Below, in pieces: positions 44,473 to 53,972 of a DNA stretch of 64,000 nt; within the stretch, counting starts at the first letter, position 1; each line of letters opens with the position of its first letter. The notes below the pieces were generated by a model. The model was not told where the DNA came from, did not search any database, and saw only the letters and a list, made by a program, of their open reading frames with translations. This DNA is from a virus, in IMG/VR virus record IMGVR_UViG_3300020170_000001, positions 1 through 64,000 of that record. One strand, 5' to 3'. A program made the translations under genes and the position numbers.

Positions 44473-46134
44473 CTATCTCGATCGCCCGATCAGGTTCAGC
44501 AGCTGCAATGGCGAGAGCGCCTCATACAGCTGATTGGTTTCGTTCCACACGGCGTCGGCGATCGCCTGTTCGGTACACAAGGTTTCCAAATAGTGTTCCT
44601 CTTGGGTGCCGACCGTGAAGAGGTTGTGCACGTAGACCGCCCGGTGAGCGGAGCCGTCGCGGCGGATACGCCCGACCAGCTGCTGCATGCGGGCCGGGTT
44701 GAGCAGCTGGTCGACGTTGATCAGGTGGCGCGACACCTGAAGGTTCAGCGACGCTTCCATCGCGGCGGTGCCGATCAGTACCCGGCATTCGGGGTCGTCC
44801 CAGAACTGCTGCTGGGCGGCCCGGCGAGCGCTGGCCCGGTTCTCCCGGCCCCAGATCAGAGCGTGCCGGACACCGCGGCGGGTCAGTCGCTTACTGAGGG
44901 CGTCGACCGCGTTGGTGAATTGGCAGAACACCACGACCTTTTCGTCGGACAGGTCCCCGTCGACCAGCGTGTTCTCGGCCCAGTCGAGCTTGCTGCTCGT
45001 GCGGGGCAGGTCGGGTTCGCCGAGGGTGGCCAGGCCGGAGCAGATCATCGCGCCGTAGACGAACCGGGCGACGGCCGCGAGCCGCTTGACCTGGACGCTT
45101 TCTTCTTTGATGACTTTGAGGACGCCCGCGCGCAGCTGCTCGTACTTCTCGGCCTGCGCCGGGTAGAGGTCGAGGAAGATGTCGTTCGGCGGCATGATCT
45201 CGGGCAGATCGACGTCGTCGACGTGCGCGGCGGTCCTACGCAGGGTCATGGGGGCGAGCTTGCGAACGAAGTCGTCGATGTTCTTGTAGCCGAGCGTCTT
45301 CTTGGTGACGACCTCGCGGCCCAGGGAACGGTTGTAGACGTTGACGAGTTCGGTCCGTTCGTAGGTCCGCCGGAAATTGGTCTCGGATCCGAATACGGCG
45401 AATCCGCCGACCGGCTCCAGCATGGAGTGCAGCTCCCGGAGGCGCTTCTGCAGCGGGGTCGCGTTGAGTTCGATGACGCGGGGGCTGCGCCGGGCGAGGC
45501 GTTTGATCACGGCGGCGGATTGGTTCTTGCGGTTGCGCAGGGCGTCGACGTCGTCGATGACGACCGCGCCGAGAGTGAAATGTTCGAAGTGCTCGTGGTC
45601 GCGCATGAGCATCTGGTATCCGGTGACCAGGATGTCCCAGCCGGCGACATACTTGTCGATCCGTTTGCTCAGGGGGCCGGTGGCATCGACAACGACGAGC
45701 TTCGGCAGGAACCGCATCAGCTCTGCGCGCCATTGGTCGATGGCGGCCGGCCGGCAGATCACGATGACGCGCTTGCCGCCGTCGAGCTCGCCCGACTGTT
45801 TGATCATCGCGAGTAGTCCGGCGGCCTGGCCGGTCTTGCCCAGTCCGACTTGGTCGGCGATCAAGCCTTTGCCGCGCATGTAAAGCCAGGCAATCCCGAC
45901 GCGCTGGTGTTTACGGAATTTGATGCCGCAACGCCGGCACGGGCTGGGCGCTTGGCGAAGTCCCTCATCGAGGGTGGCATGGCTGGGGCACGGGCTGGAG
46001 TTGAACCATTCGAGCTCTGGCAGGGCGAAGTCGCCCAGGGTGCGGATCTTGTCGGCGGCAGCCAGGCGCGTCTGCTCGGGCAGGTCGCGGGCGTCGACGA
46101 AGTGATTCACGGCATCTCTACATGGATGCGCCAC
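44473..46134 (-). CDS. SNF2-family helicase/ATPase
   Basis: LIADQVGLGKT, NATPLQ, VVVFCQF, SLNLQ, QLVGRIRR. Confidence 0.9.
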   Translation of the reverse strand: MAHPCRDAVNHFVDARDLPEQTRLAAADKIRTLGDFALPELEWFNSSPCPSHATLDEGLRQAPSPCRRCGIKFRKHQRVGIAWLYMRGKGLIADQVGLGKTGQAAGLLAMIKQSGELDGGKRVIVICRPAAIDQWRAELMRFLPKLVVVDATGPLSKRIDKYVAGWDILVTGYQMLMRDHEHFEHFTLGAVVIDDVDALRNRKNQSAAVIKRLARRSPRVIELNATPLQKRLRELHSMLEPVGGFAVFGSETNFRRTYERTELVNVYNRSLGREVVTKKTLGYKNIDDFVRKLAPMTLRRTAAHVDDVDLPEIMPPNDIFLDLYPAQAEKYEQLRAGVLKVIKEESVQVKRLAAVARFVYGAMICSGLATLGEPDLPRTSSKLDWAENTLVDGDLSDEKVVVFCQFTNAVDALSKRLTRRGVRHALIWGRENRASARRAAQQQFWDDPECRVLIGTAAMEASLNLQVSRHLINVDQLLNPARMQQLVGRIRRDGSAHRAVYVHNLFTVGTQEEHYLETLCTEQAIADAVWNETNQLYEALSPLQLLNLIGRSR

Positions 46135-46378
46135 CTCGATCCGGCGCAGCCGCGCGGGCGTCCCGGCGGGCCTGCCAGACTTCCCTCTTGCGGGTGATGG
46201 TGACTGCGGCGCGGGCCATCTGCACGGCGTAGGAGACGTCGGTCTGGAATGCTTCCATGGCCTGCTCGATGTGGTGCCGGAAAGCGACCGTGTCGACCGG
46301 GTTGGCCGTGCGTCGGGGCCGTCGCCGAAACAGCGGGGTGAGCTCGTCGAGTCGCACGTCGCTGATTGTTTGGGTCAT
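46118..46378 (-). CDS. hypothetical protein
   Basis: 86 aa. Confidence 0.6.
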   Translation of the reverse strand: MTQTISDVRLDELTPLFRRRPRRTANPVDTVAFRHHIEQAMEAFQTDVSYAVQMARAAVTITRKREVWQARRDARAAAPDRGGASM

Positions 46379-46740
46379 CAGCCGATGTCCTGCGGGACGT
46401 TGGGGGCCTTGTGTTTCGCGCTGGGAACCAGGACGGGGATTGCCGCCGAGTTGGTGTTGTCGACGGCCTTGAGGGTGTCCTTGGTGAGGCTAGCTCCCGA
46501 GCCTACAGACAGTCCGTAAAAGACCAGCGACCAGAATCCGAGGGTGTGCAGATTCATGTCGCCGATCGTGATGCCGTCCGCCCATGCGGTCTGGGCGACC
46601 AGGAGCACGACAACGACGCCGGCCAGCCAACTGAAGAGTTGAGTAAGAACGCCGTTACGGTCGCCGGCGCGTACGTAACGGAGAAAGTCAATTATTTTCA
46701 GGGTCAGGGCGGCCATGGCAACCACAGGCAGGAAGTCCAT
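46378..46740 (-). CDS. putative holin
   Basis: About three TM helices, directly after the tail genes. Confidence 0.65.
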   Translation of the reverse strand: MDFLPVVAMAALTLKIIDFLRYVRAGDRNGVLTQLFSWLAGVVVVLLVAQTAWADGITIGDMNLHTLGFWSLVFYGLSVGSGASLTKDTLKAVDNTNSAAIPVLVPSAKHKAPNVPQDIG

Positions 46741-46810
46741 CGGTGCAGCCTTTCCAGGAGGTGAGGCGTCGCCTCACGTCCTAGTACCGCATTCAGGTGT
46801 CTCCGATGCG

Positions 46811-48064
46811 TCAGAAGAAGAATGCGGTTGAAGCGTGATGACTTTCCACCGGCGTGTCTTTGTCGACAGTAGCGTAGTGAATGTTGACGTCGAGCCCGTT
46901 GAAGCTGATGAAGGATTGAACCTCGGTGTTGGTCGCGTCCGCCGGAGGCAACCCTTCGATAGTGGCGTAGAAGCTGATGTTGTCTTCGCCGGGAGCTTCG
47001 AAGTCCCAGACGAAACTGGGGACGGTGAGGGAGCCAGATGTGTAGCGCCCGCCCTGGCCGTTTGGGCCGTCAAAATCGATCGGGATGCCGGTTGTCTCGA
47101 AGATGAGCAGCCCGGTCGGGATGGGACTGCTGGGGTAGCGCGAGTCATACTCCACGCCGAGCAGCCGCACAGAGTTCGGATCGGCCGCCGGTGTTCCCGC
47201 CGCACTCGTCTCAGCGTAGATCCGAAACGTCACCGCATTCACCAACAGTGGACCGCCGGTCCCCGACGACACGATCGTCACGGAGCAGACGATGGCACCG
47301 GTCACATAGACGCGCCGGATTGTCATCTGGGACATGGGAGCGTACTGGCCTGTGTAGTCGACGCTTCGTTGGTTATAGGCAGCACTGAGGCGAGCCCGAA
47401 TGACCTGGAAGTCGATCATCCCGGCAGTGCTGAAGTTCGACGTTCGGGTCAAGAAGGGACTGTGGCTGATCGTGTAGGCGTCGAATACCTGAACGGCGCA
47501 CAGGATGTGGTAGGAGTTATGGGTGTAGAAGGCAACGACGTCAAGTGTGGTCACTGAACCGTCGGCATATTCCGTCACTTGATGCTGGACCGTCGCTCCT
47601 CGCGGCCAGAAGTAGTCGAGCAGCATTCGAGAGTGAGACGGCGGACCGGCCGCAGTAAGTCGCAGCAGAGGGACGATGCGCCAGTTCGGGTCGCCCCTGG
47701 CAACCAGGTGGAAAAGGCGGACATAGTCGGACGGCATCGGCGAGTACGACGAAACTACTGAGTTGGTCAGGTAGTTGGGATTGAAGGGTGTCGTGCTCCA
47801 GGTCCGGGCGGGGGCGCGCACATCAAGGGCATCGAGACTGGTATTGGTGAGGCCTCGCCGGTATACCAGTTCGTACCCCCAGGCGGGAACCATCCATCGA
47901 TGGTTTACGCCGTGGTAGATGTTCAGGGAGCGAATCACCGTGTCTTCACCTGCACCGACCGGGACCGGGGCCCATCGGCCGTCCGGGGTGTAAATCCAGA
48001 GTTGCTTTCCGGAGGTGCCGGTGCCGTAGATCTGTGCGCCGGAGGGCTTGGAGAGGTCAGTCAT
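46811..48064 (-). CDS. minor tail / putative receptor-binding protein
   Basis: Last tail-module gene, beta-rich, less GC-biased codons. Confidence 0.6.
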   Translation of the reverse strand: MTDLSKPSGAQIYGTGTSGKQLWIYTPDGRWAPVPVGAGEDTVIRSLNIYHGVNHRWMVPAWGYELVYRRGLTNTSLDALDVRAPARTWSTTPFNPNYLTNSVVSSYSPMPSDYVRLFHLVARGDPNWRIVPLLRLTAAGPPSHSRMLLDYFWPRGATVQHQVTEYADGSVTTLDVVAFYTHNSYHILCAVQVFDAYTISHSPFLTRTSNFSTAGMIDFQVIRARLSAAYNQRSVDYTGQYAPMSQMTIRRVYVTGAIVCSVTIVSSGTGGPLLVNAVTFRIYAETSAAGTPAADPNSVRLLGVEYDSRYPSSPIPTGLLIFETTGIPIDFDGPNGQGGRYTSGSLTVPSFVWDFEAPGEDNISFYATIEGLPPADATNTEVQSFISFNGLDVNIHYATVDKDTPVESHHASTAFFF

Positions 48065-49655
48065 AAGTCTCCAGCCAGAAGTCTCCAGGGCTGACGGTGA
48101 CGTTGGACTGGGTTGCCGGGTCTACGGACTGGACGAATACCCGCGGGCCGCCGGTTCCGCCGCCTGAGCCGGTGGCCGGGTCTCCTGGCTCCCATTTCCC
48201 GGTCGTGGCGTTGTAGACCAGGGTGCTCCCGTCGGCGGGGGTGCCGGGTATCGCGATCTCTTTGAGATCGGCGAGGCTGTAGTTTCGCGGGTTGTTGATC
48301 AGCTGGGTGATCTGCTTTTCCAGCTCCAGCAGCTTCGCGTCGATCAGCGACTGCAGGGTCAGCTCGCAGTCGGGGACGGTCTGGTCGGAGGCGAGGCTAA
48401 CGGTGATCGCCATGACCCGGTATTTCGTTGGGGGTCCCGCCGCGGTCGGCGTGGAGCCGAACGTGTCGTCGTTGACGCCGACGTCGTCGCCGACGAAATA
48501 GTTTCGATACGGAACCCGGCCGGGCTCATCGTAGGCGACCTTGATGGTCCACTGATCTTTCTGGTCTTTGCTCTGCTGGATGTAGCGGTCGGCGATCTGG
48601 TCGCGCAATTTGGTGTCGGTGACGTTCTTATTGGTCTCGTTGCGCTGCTCGCGGATGTTCCAGGCGGCGACGCTGCGGGTGTCGAGCCGAATCGACTCAT
48701 CGCCATCAACGTCGACCGCAATGACCCTGTTGTAGATAGTCTCACGGTCGCGGACGCGCTCGTCGGAGATGATGTTGCCGGAGAAGAACCGGACGGTCTT
48801 GCTCCGGTCGGTGCCGATCCGGCGGCGAACGTCGAGTTTGAATCCGGGGTACATGAGCCATTCGAGGCGCTGCCCGAACCATTTGCTGTAGTCGCGCCCG
48901 GTGCAGTCGTTGAGGAATTCGAGCAGATTCTGCCCGGGCTCCTGCGGCTGGTATCCGGTGTTGGTGGCGACCTCCTCGATCGTCTTGACCACCTGGAAGT
49001 CCTGTTTCCCGCTGTCTTTGAGGGCGGTGAACATCAGGGTCACGAAGGGGACGACTCCGCGGCGCTGGGCGGCCTTAAAGACGGTGTACCACATCCGCAT
49101 CGTTGGCCAGTCGATCGGAAATCGCCACAGAAAGGCTGGCTGCGTGTCGTTCTGGGAGGTGGACCGCCAGATGTTGATGACGGTGTTGCTGCCGTCGGTG
49201 CTGGTCTGGTGCCCGATGATCGGCGGTTTGGTCGGCCAGCCAGGACGGTTGATGATCGCCCAGGTCAGGGCCTGGGCAATGCCGGGGCCGGCGATGGTGA
49301 TCCCGTGGGTGCCGTCGTCGCCGGTGACGGTCTGGGTGACGGTTTGTGCGAGCCAGGCGAAGCGGGGCACCCCATTGTCCCAGGCCTCGAACACGTATTC
49401 GTTGTTGAGCAGCACCCGTCGGGAGTTGCCATTGGACAGGATGTCGGTCCAGAAGGGGCTGTCGTAGTCCAGGGTGATGCTGCCCTGGCCGGGGCCGTTG
49501 AGTTCCTGGGTGAAGCTGAAGGCGGTGTATTCGCCGACGATGGCCACCAGCGACTTCATGTCCTTGTAGTCCAGGACCCGGATCTGCCAGCCGGTGGAGA
49601 TGTTGGGTTCCGGCGTGCCGATGCTCAGGAAACGGCTGTTAACGGTGCTGGGCAT
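48057..49655 (-). CDS. minor tail (baseplate hub/Tal-like) protein
   Basis: FTQELNGPGQGSITL...YFVGDDV...YRVMAITV; position in module. Confidence 0.75.
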   Translation of the reverse strand: MPSTVNSRFLSIGTPEPNISTGWQIRVLDYKDMKSLVAIVGEYTAFSFTQELNGPGQGSITLDYDSPFWTDILSNGNSRRVLLNNEYVFEAWDNGVPRFAWLAQTVTQTVTGDDGTHGITIAGPGIAQALTWAIINRPGWPTKPPIIGHQTSTDGSNTVINIWRSTSQNDTQPAFLWRFPIDWPTMRMWYTVFKAAQRRGVVPFVTLMFTALKDSGKQDFQVVKTIEEVATNTGYQPQEPGQNLLEFLNDCTGRDYSKWFGQRLEWLMYPGFKLDVRRRIGTDRSKTVRFFSGNIISDERVRDRETIYNRVIAVDVDGDESIRLDTRSVAAWNIREQRNETNKNVTDTKLRDQIADRYIQQSKDQKDQWTIKVAYDEPGRVPYRNYFVGDDVGVNDDTFGSTPTAAGPPTKYRVMAITVSLASDQTVPDCELTLQSLIDAKLLELEKQITQLINNPRNYSLADLKEIAIPGTPADGSTLVYNATTGKWEPGDPATGSGGGTGGPRVFVQSVDPATQSNVTVSPGDFWLETYD

Positions 49656-50743
49656 CAGGCCTCCACGGTGAGCGCGTCGCCGGGGCCGTTGACGGCCGGG
49701 GCGGTGAAGGTGACCTCGTGGTGCTCGCAGGTGACGACGTCGCCGTCGATCGTGCGCGGGGTGAAGCCGCTGGCGGCGACCAGATGCCACGAGACGACGG
49801 GCAGCGGGGCGTCACCCAGGAGCAGGTGCCCGGTCGCGGGGAAGCCTTGGCCGAAGGCGGTGACCAGCTCGCCGGTGTTCGGGCCGGCCGGGTCGAAGTG
49901 CCAGAGGTGGATGGGCCGGGCCGCGAGGGGGTCCGCGGTCCAGGTGACCGGCAGCGTGACGGTGACGAGCTGGGCGCTGACGAAGAAGGAGCGCGCAGCA
50001 GTCCAGCCGAGCTGCTCGACGCCGTTGAACAGCAGCCGGGCCCGCCAGTAGGTGGTGTCGGGGACCGCGCTGGCGGGGGTGATGATGGCTCCGCCGTCGA
50101 CCGCCGGGGCAGTCGCTACGAGGGTGACGGGGTGGAGGAATCCTGCGTTGTCGTCGTATTGGATCTCGATGGTGTAGGTGAGCGTCTCGTCGTGAGCGGC
50201 AAGGACGACCATGAAACTTGGTGTCGCGGTGCCGACGGTCACGCCATCCTCCGGTGAGGACAGCGTAAGCAGGGCGGAGACCGCAACCGCGCTCGTGCTC
50301 AGGGACAGCGCTATCGCTGGGACGGCCTCGGCGGACGTGCCGGACAGCCCGGCGGCGACGGTAATGGCGGGGCAGGCGACGATGCCCGAATCGCCGAGCA
50401 GGCGGGTGACCGTGACGGTGAGGGTGACCGCGAGCGACGCCGGGTCGAGTAGAACCGACGGGTCGGTCAGGGTCGCGGTGATGCCCTGCGAGATGGTGAT
50501 CGCTGCCGGGTCGAGCGGCACCGCCAGGTCGGTCAGGGTTGCCGTGAGGGTGATCGCGGTGGCGACGACCGCCGGGTCGAGCTGTAGAGAAACGTCGGAC
50601 AGCGTCGCCGCGATGGTGATCGCGGTGGCGATCGCCGCCGGGTTGAGCGCTACTGGCCCGCCGGGGTCCGGCGGCTCAGGCGTGACAACGATGGTACGGG
50701 TGACGACAACCGGCGCGGCTGCGTCGTCGATCAGCGTGGCCAC
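49655..50743 (-). CDS. minor tail protein with 22-aa Thr/Ala repeats and Ig/FN3-like domains
   Basis: LDPA..T..LTD x4; YTIEIQ...TTYWRARL. Confidence 0.7.
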   Translation of the reverse strand: MATLIDDAAAPVVVTRTIVVTPEPPDPGGPVALNPAAIATAITIAATLSDVSLQLDPAVVATAITLTATLTDLAVPLDPAAITISQGITATLTDPSVLLDPASLAVTLTVTVTRLLGDSGIVACPAITVAAGLSGTSAEAVPAIALSLSTSAVAVSALLTLSSPEDGVTVGTATPSFMVVLAAHDETLTYTIEIQYDDNAGFLHPVTLVATAPAVDGGAIITPASAVPDTTYWRARLLFNGVEQLGWTAARSFFVSAQLVTVTLPVTWTADPLAARPIHLWHFDPAGPNTGELVTAFGQGFPATGHLLLGDAPLPVVSWHLVAASGFTPRTIDGDVVTCEHHEVTFTAPAVNGPGDALTVEA

Positions 50744-50756
50744 AACTCGCCCCCTC

Positions 50757-50855
50757 TTACGCGGATGTCGGCAGCGTCATTCGCGGGGCGACGATGATGG
50801 TGCGGACCACGACCACCGGCACGCCGCTGTCGTCGGGGACCGTCGCGGACGGCAT
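50757..50855 (-). CDS. 32-aa mini-ORF resembling the N-terminus of the next gene
   Basis: MPSATVPDDSGVPVVVVRTIIVAP vs MATLIDDAAAPVVVTRTIVVTP. Confidence 0.45.
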   Translation of the reverse strand: MPSATVPDDSGVPVVVVRTIIVAPRMTLPTSA

Positions 50856-51727
50856 CACTCCCACCTGATGGCGGCGCAGTGGGCGGCAATCTGGGTGGCC
50901 GACCAGTAGTTCATGGCGACACCTACCGGCAGCCAGGTATGACTGGAGCCGAGCACCGTCGCGGTGAACGGGGTCAGCGCCCCGAATTCGGCGTTGAAGT
51001 AGGTCAGGCTGCCCAGCGACGGCGCGACCCCGGGCACCATCATGTAGTGCCGGAAGACGTTGACATTCGCCCCGGCCGAGCTGGAGATTGCGGCTTTCGA
51101 CGGAACCAGCCCCGGCACGAAGTTCGCGTCGAGCGCGGGCGACGCTGATCCGAATAGGCTGCGGCTCTGTGTGGCGGACGCCTGCGGCGTGGTGTTGGAC
51201 TCGCACAGGAACCCGCTGGCCAGGGCGGTACCGGTCGCGTCGCGTGCCCGATCGATCACCAGCGCACAAACGGCGTTGTTCACGACGTCCGAGGCCTTGT
51301 ATGTGTGGCCGAGCACCATCGTGAAGGTGCCATCCGTATAACAGGCATATGAGTTGAGCGACGCTTGGAAGGTGCCCATGCTGTTGGAGTTGACGTCAAA
51401 GCGGGGCGTCGACAACGCTCCGGCCCCGTCGGTGGCTCCCGAGACCTGCGCAGTCACGATGGGGCGGCCACTGGAGTCGTTGGCAAGGGTCAGCTTCAAG
51501 AAGATCGGCGTGGTGCTCTGCAACGTGTCCGGGAACTTATAGACGCGGTAGCCGAACGAGACGCTAGCCCCGAAGCTGGAGGGGGTTGCGGTGAGGTCGA
51601 GCTGCCCGGTGTCGCTGGTGGCGACCAGGCCGGCGGCGATCACCAGATCGTTGACGGCGTTCAGCCACGCTTTCGCCGTGGTCCCGGAGGCGTTGCTCCA
51701 GGAGAAATTGCTGATGGCGGTGGTCAT
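50855..51727 (-). CDS. minor tail protein
   Basis: 290 aa, S/T/A-rich. Confidence 0.7.
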   Translation of the reverse strand: MTTAISNFSWSNASGTTAKAWLNAVNDLVIAAGLVATSDTGQLDLTATPSSFGASVSFGYRVYKFPDTLQSTTPIFLKLTLANDSSGRPIVTAQVSGATDGAGALSTPRFDVNSNSMGTFQASLNSYACYTDGTFTMVLGHTYKASDVVNNAVCALVIDRARDATGTALASGFLCESNTTPQASATQSRSLFGSASPALDANFVPGLVPSKAAISSSAGANVNVFRHYMMVPGVAPSLGSLTYFNAEFGALTPFTATVLGSSHTWLPVGVAMNYWSATQIAAHCAAIRWE

Positions 51728-51730
51728 CGG

Positions 51731-52147
51731 TCAGACCGCCGTCAGCGACAACGAGCCGGCCGCCAGGGTCGGCACGGCACCGGTGGTGATGGTGCGGGGC
51801 GTGCCCAGCAGCGAGTACGCCACCACCGAGCCGGACGCGCCGTCCTTGAGGACCACATGCGTCACGGTCCCCCAGTTGCCGGTTGCGGTCGGGAACACGA
51901 TGGACACGCCGTTGGTTTTGGCTCCCGAGGCTGCGGCCGGGAAGTTCGTCGCGTTGTTGGTGACCGCGACGACCGCGTAGCCGTTACCGGACGGTTCGGT
52001 GACGTTGCCGCCGGTGGCCGTTGGGGTGGTCGTGGATAGCCCGACGTAGTAGGTGGCGGGTGCGTTGGTCGCGCCGGCCGCGCCGGCCCCGAACCGGCTA
52101 TCCAGCACGTTGTTCAATTGCGCGGTCACGAGCGGCATTGCCGGCAA
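51731..52147 (-). CDS. minor tail/fiber-associated protein
   Basis: YYVGLSTT.P...TEPSGNGY...FPTATGNWGTVTH. Confidence 0.75.
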   Translation of the reverse strand: MPAMPLVTAQLNNVLDSRFGAGAAGATNAPATYYVGLSTTTPTATGGNVTEPSGNGYAVVAVTNNATNFPAAASGAKTNGVSIVFPTATGNWGTVTHVVLKDGASGSVVAYSLLGTPRTITTGAVPTLAAGSLSLTAV

Positions 52148-52180
52148 CCTCCATTTCTTTGTGGTCGTTCGACTGATCAG

Positions 52181-52615
52181 TCAGACGCTGCTGATGTTGA
52201 CGATGCCTGAGGGAAATGACAGCTGGAATGGTTCGGCGGCGTACGTACGGTCCGCGCCGAAGTCGATGAGTCCGATCAAATTGCTGGTGGCGTTGCTGCC
52301 GCCGACCCGGTAGATAACCGCGTAGCGGCACGTGGCGGTTAGGCTCGCCCAACTGGTCGGGTCGGCACTGACGGACGTGACGTTGGTCGCGGCGTTGTAG
52401 CTGATGACCTTGTTTGCCAGGGCGTTTCCGCCTGCGGTGTAGCCGGTGCCGGACACCTCGTTGGCGACGACGTCCGCGAAGCTGACGTGGGTGTCGAAAT
52501 TGGGCGTATAGCCGCTGGTGAGAAGCGCCGCCTTGGTGGTGTCAGCAGTGATGTTGTGGACGCCGGCCAACAGGTCCTGCTGGAACTGCCCGTAGGGCGT
52601 CGCCGTGACGGTCAT
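52181..52615 (-). CDS. minor tail protein
   Basis: KAALLTSGYTPNFDTH...NEVSGTGYTAGG. Confidence 0.75.
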   Translation of the reverse strand: MTVTATPYGQFQQDLLAGVHNITADTTKAALLTSGYTPNFDTHVSFADVVANEVSGTGYTAGGNALANKVISYNAATNVTSVSADPTSWASLTATCRYAVIYRVGGSNATSNLIGLIDFGADRTYAAEPFQLSFPSGIVNISSV

Positions 52616-52617
52616 GA

Positions 52618-53010
52618 TCAGTCTTTCGTGTCGAGCGGGATGTTGGGCGTGGTCGAGGTATCGGTCGGGCTGCTCCAGCCGGCCGGAACGGCGGCCAACG
52701 CCGCCGCATAGCCGCCGGGGCCGTCCGTGCTGGCCGTGACGCGGCGCAGCCAGAAGGTGGCACTGGTCGCGCCGGGTGGGATGTCGCCCAGGGCGACCGA
52801 GTCGGCGAAGGTGTCGCCGTCGACGGAGAGCCACAGCTGGACCGCGTCGGTGCCGGTGAGGCTCACGCTGACGTCTTTCGCCTGGTAGAGGTCGCTGAGA
52901 TTCAGCACGCGCAGTTGGGTGTCGTCGCTGGACTGCGGCGCGACCGTGCCGAGGTCGAGGGCAGTGACCATGCTGATGGTTTCCACCAGGTAGAAGGCAA
53001 GGGTCTCCAT
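52618..53010 (-). CDS. minor tail protein
   Basis: LGDIPPG...FWLRR. Confidence 0.65.
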   Translation of the reverse strand: METLAFYLVETISMVTALDLGTVAPQSSDDTQLRVLNLSDLYQAKDVSVSLTGTDAVQLWLSVDGDTFADSVALGDIPPGATSATFWLRRVTASTDGPGGYAAALAAVPAGWSSPTDTSTTPNIPLDTKD

Positions 53011-53020
53011 ACGCCGCCGC

Positions 53021-53959
53021 CTACACGTACGGGGGTCGGAAGGTGATGACGGCTTGCCCGTCACCCGCGGCGGCGGTGAGCTTGAGCTTGTTCATGCCGG
53101 GCAGCAGGGTCACCCACCAGCGGGCCCCATAGCTCGAAATCTGGCCGACCTTGTTGACATTGCCGGAAGACTTGACCTGCTCGGCGGTGAACCGGTTGAC
53201 CACCAGCTGGACGGTCTCCAGCAGCTGAATCACGCCGTCGTACTTCACCCAGCTGTCCGGCTCGGTGGACATGTTGGTGATCACCGGCGTATCGAGGTAG
53301 CCACTGATCTCGACCTGCATGTATCCGCTGGCGGCGATGTCGTGACCGTCGTTCCACACGTAGACGGTCTCGCCCGGGTTGAGAGTGACGCTGACGGTGC
53401 TGCCGTAGAAGTACGGATCCGCCAAAGTGAAGTCGAGCTGGAAGTCCGACCGCAACCGGCCAGTCATGCTGGGGGCCATGGTGCCGGTCATCTCGGCCCA
53501 GGCGAAGGCGGTGAGCAGATGGTCGCCGGGCGGCGGAGCGCCGGGGTCACCTTGGATGCAGATGTCGCCGGTCCGGGTGCTCGGGAAGTCGGGGGCGGTC
53601 AGCCGCCAGCGGCGGTACAGCTTGACCCGCTGGTCGTTGAGCAGGCTGTGCCGAAAGACCAGCCGGCGCAGCGCATCCCAGTTGTTGTTCCACTGCAGAC
53701 GCTGGTTGAACGGGGCTTCCCCGGTGCTCGGGTCGAAGCCGACCATGAACATGACCAGGGTGATCGGGCGGGCATCCGGTAGCTTGCGCCGGTGCACCTG
53801 GCCCGGTCGGTACGCGAAGGTCATGTCGGAGCCGCGCCGCGGGGGCAGGTCGTAGCGCGACCCTCCGACGGTCGTGACCGCCCATCCCCACTGGTGCAGC
53901 GAGACCTCCTGGCCGTCGACCCCGACGATGCTCCAGAACTCCTCGGTCGAGTTGCTCAC
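53021..53959 (-). CDS. distal tail (Dit)-like protein
   Basis: Follows the TMP; LADPYFYG, LLPGMNKL. Confidence 0.75.
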   Translation of the reverse strand: MSNSTEEFWSIVGVDGQEVSLHQWGWAVTTVGGSRYDLPPRRGSDMTFAYRPGQVHRRKLPDARPITLVMFMVGFDPSTGEAPFNQRLQWNNNWDALRRLVFRHSLLNDQRVKLYRRWRLTAPDFPSTRTGDICIQGDPGAPPPGDHLLTAFAWAEMTGTMAPSMTGRLRSDFQLDFTLADPYFYGSTVSVTLNPGETVYVWNDGHDIAASGYMQVEISGYLDTPVITNMSTEPDSWVKYDGVIQLLETVQLVVNRFTAEQVKSSGNVNKVGQISSYGARWWVTLLPGMNKLKLTAAAGDGQAVITFRPPYV

Positions 53960-53972
53960 GGCTCTCCTACCT

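Noticed and set aside
46811-48064. Diversity-generating retroelement target
   Set aside because: No reverse transcriptase and no template/variable repeat pair were seen.
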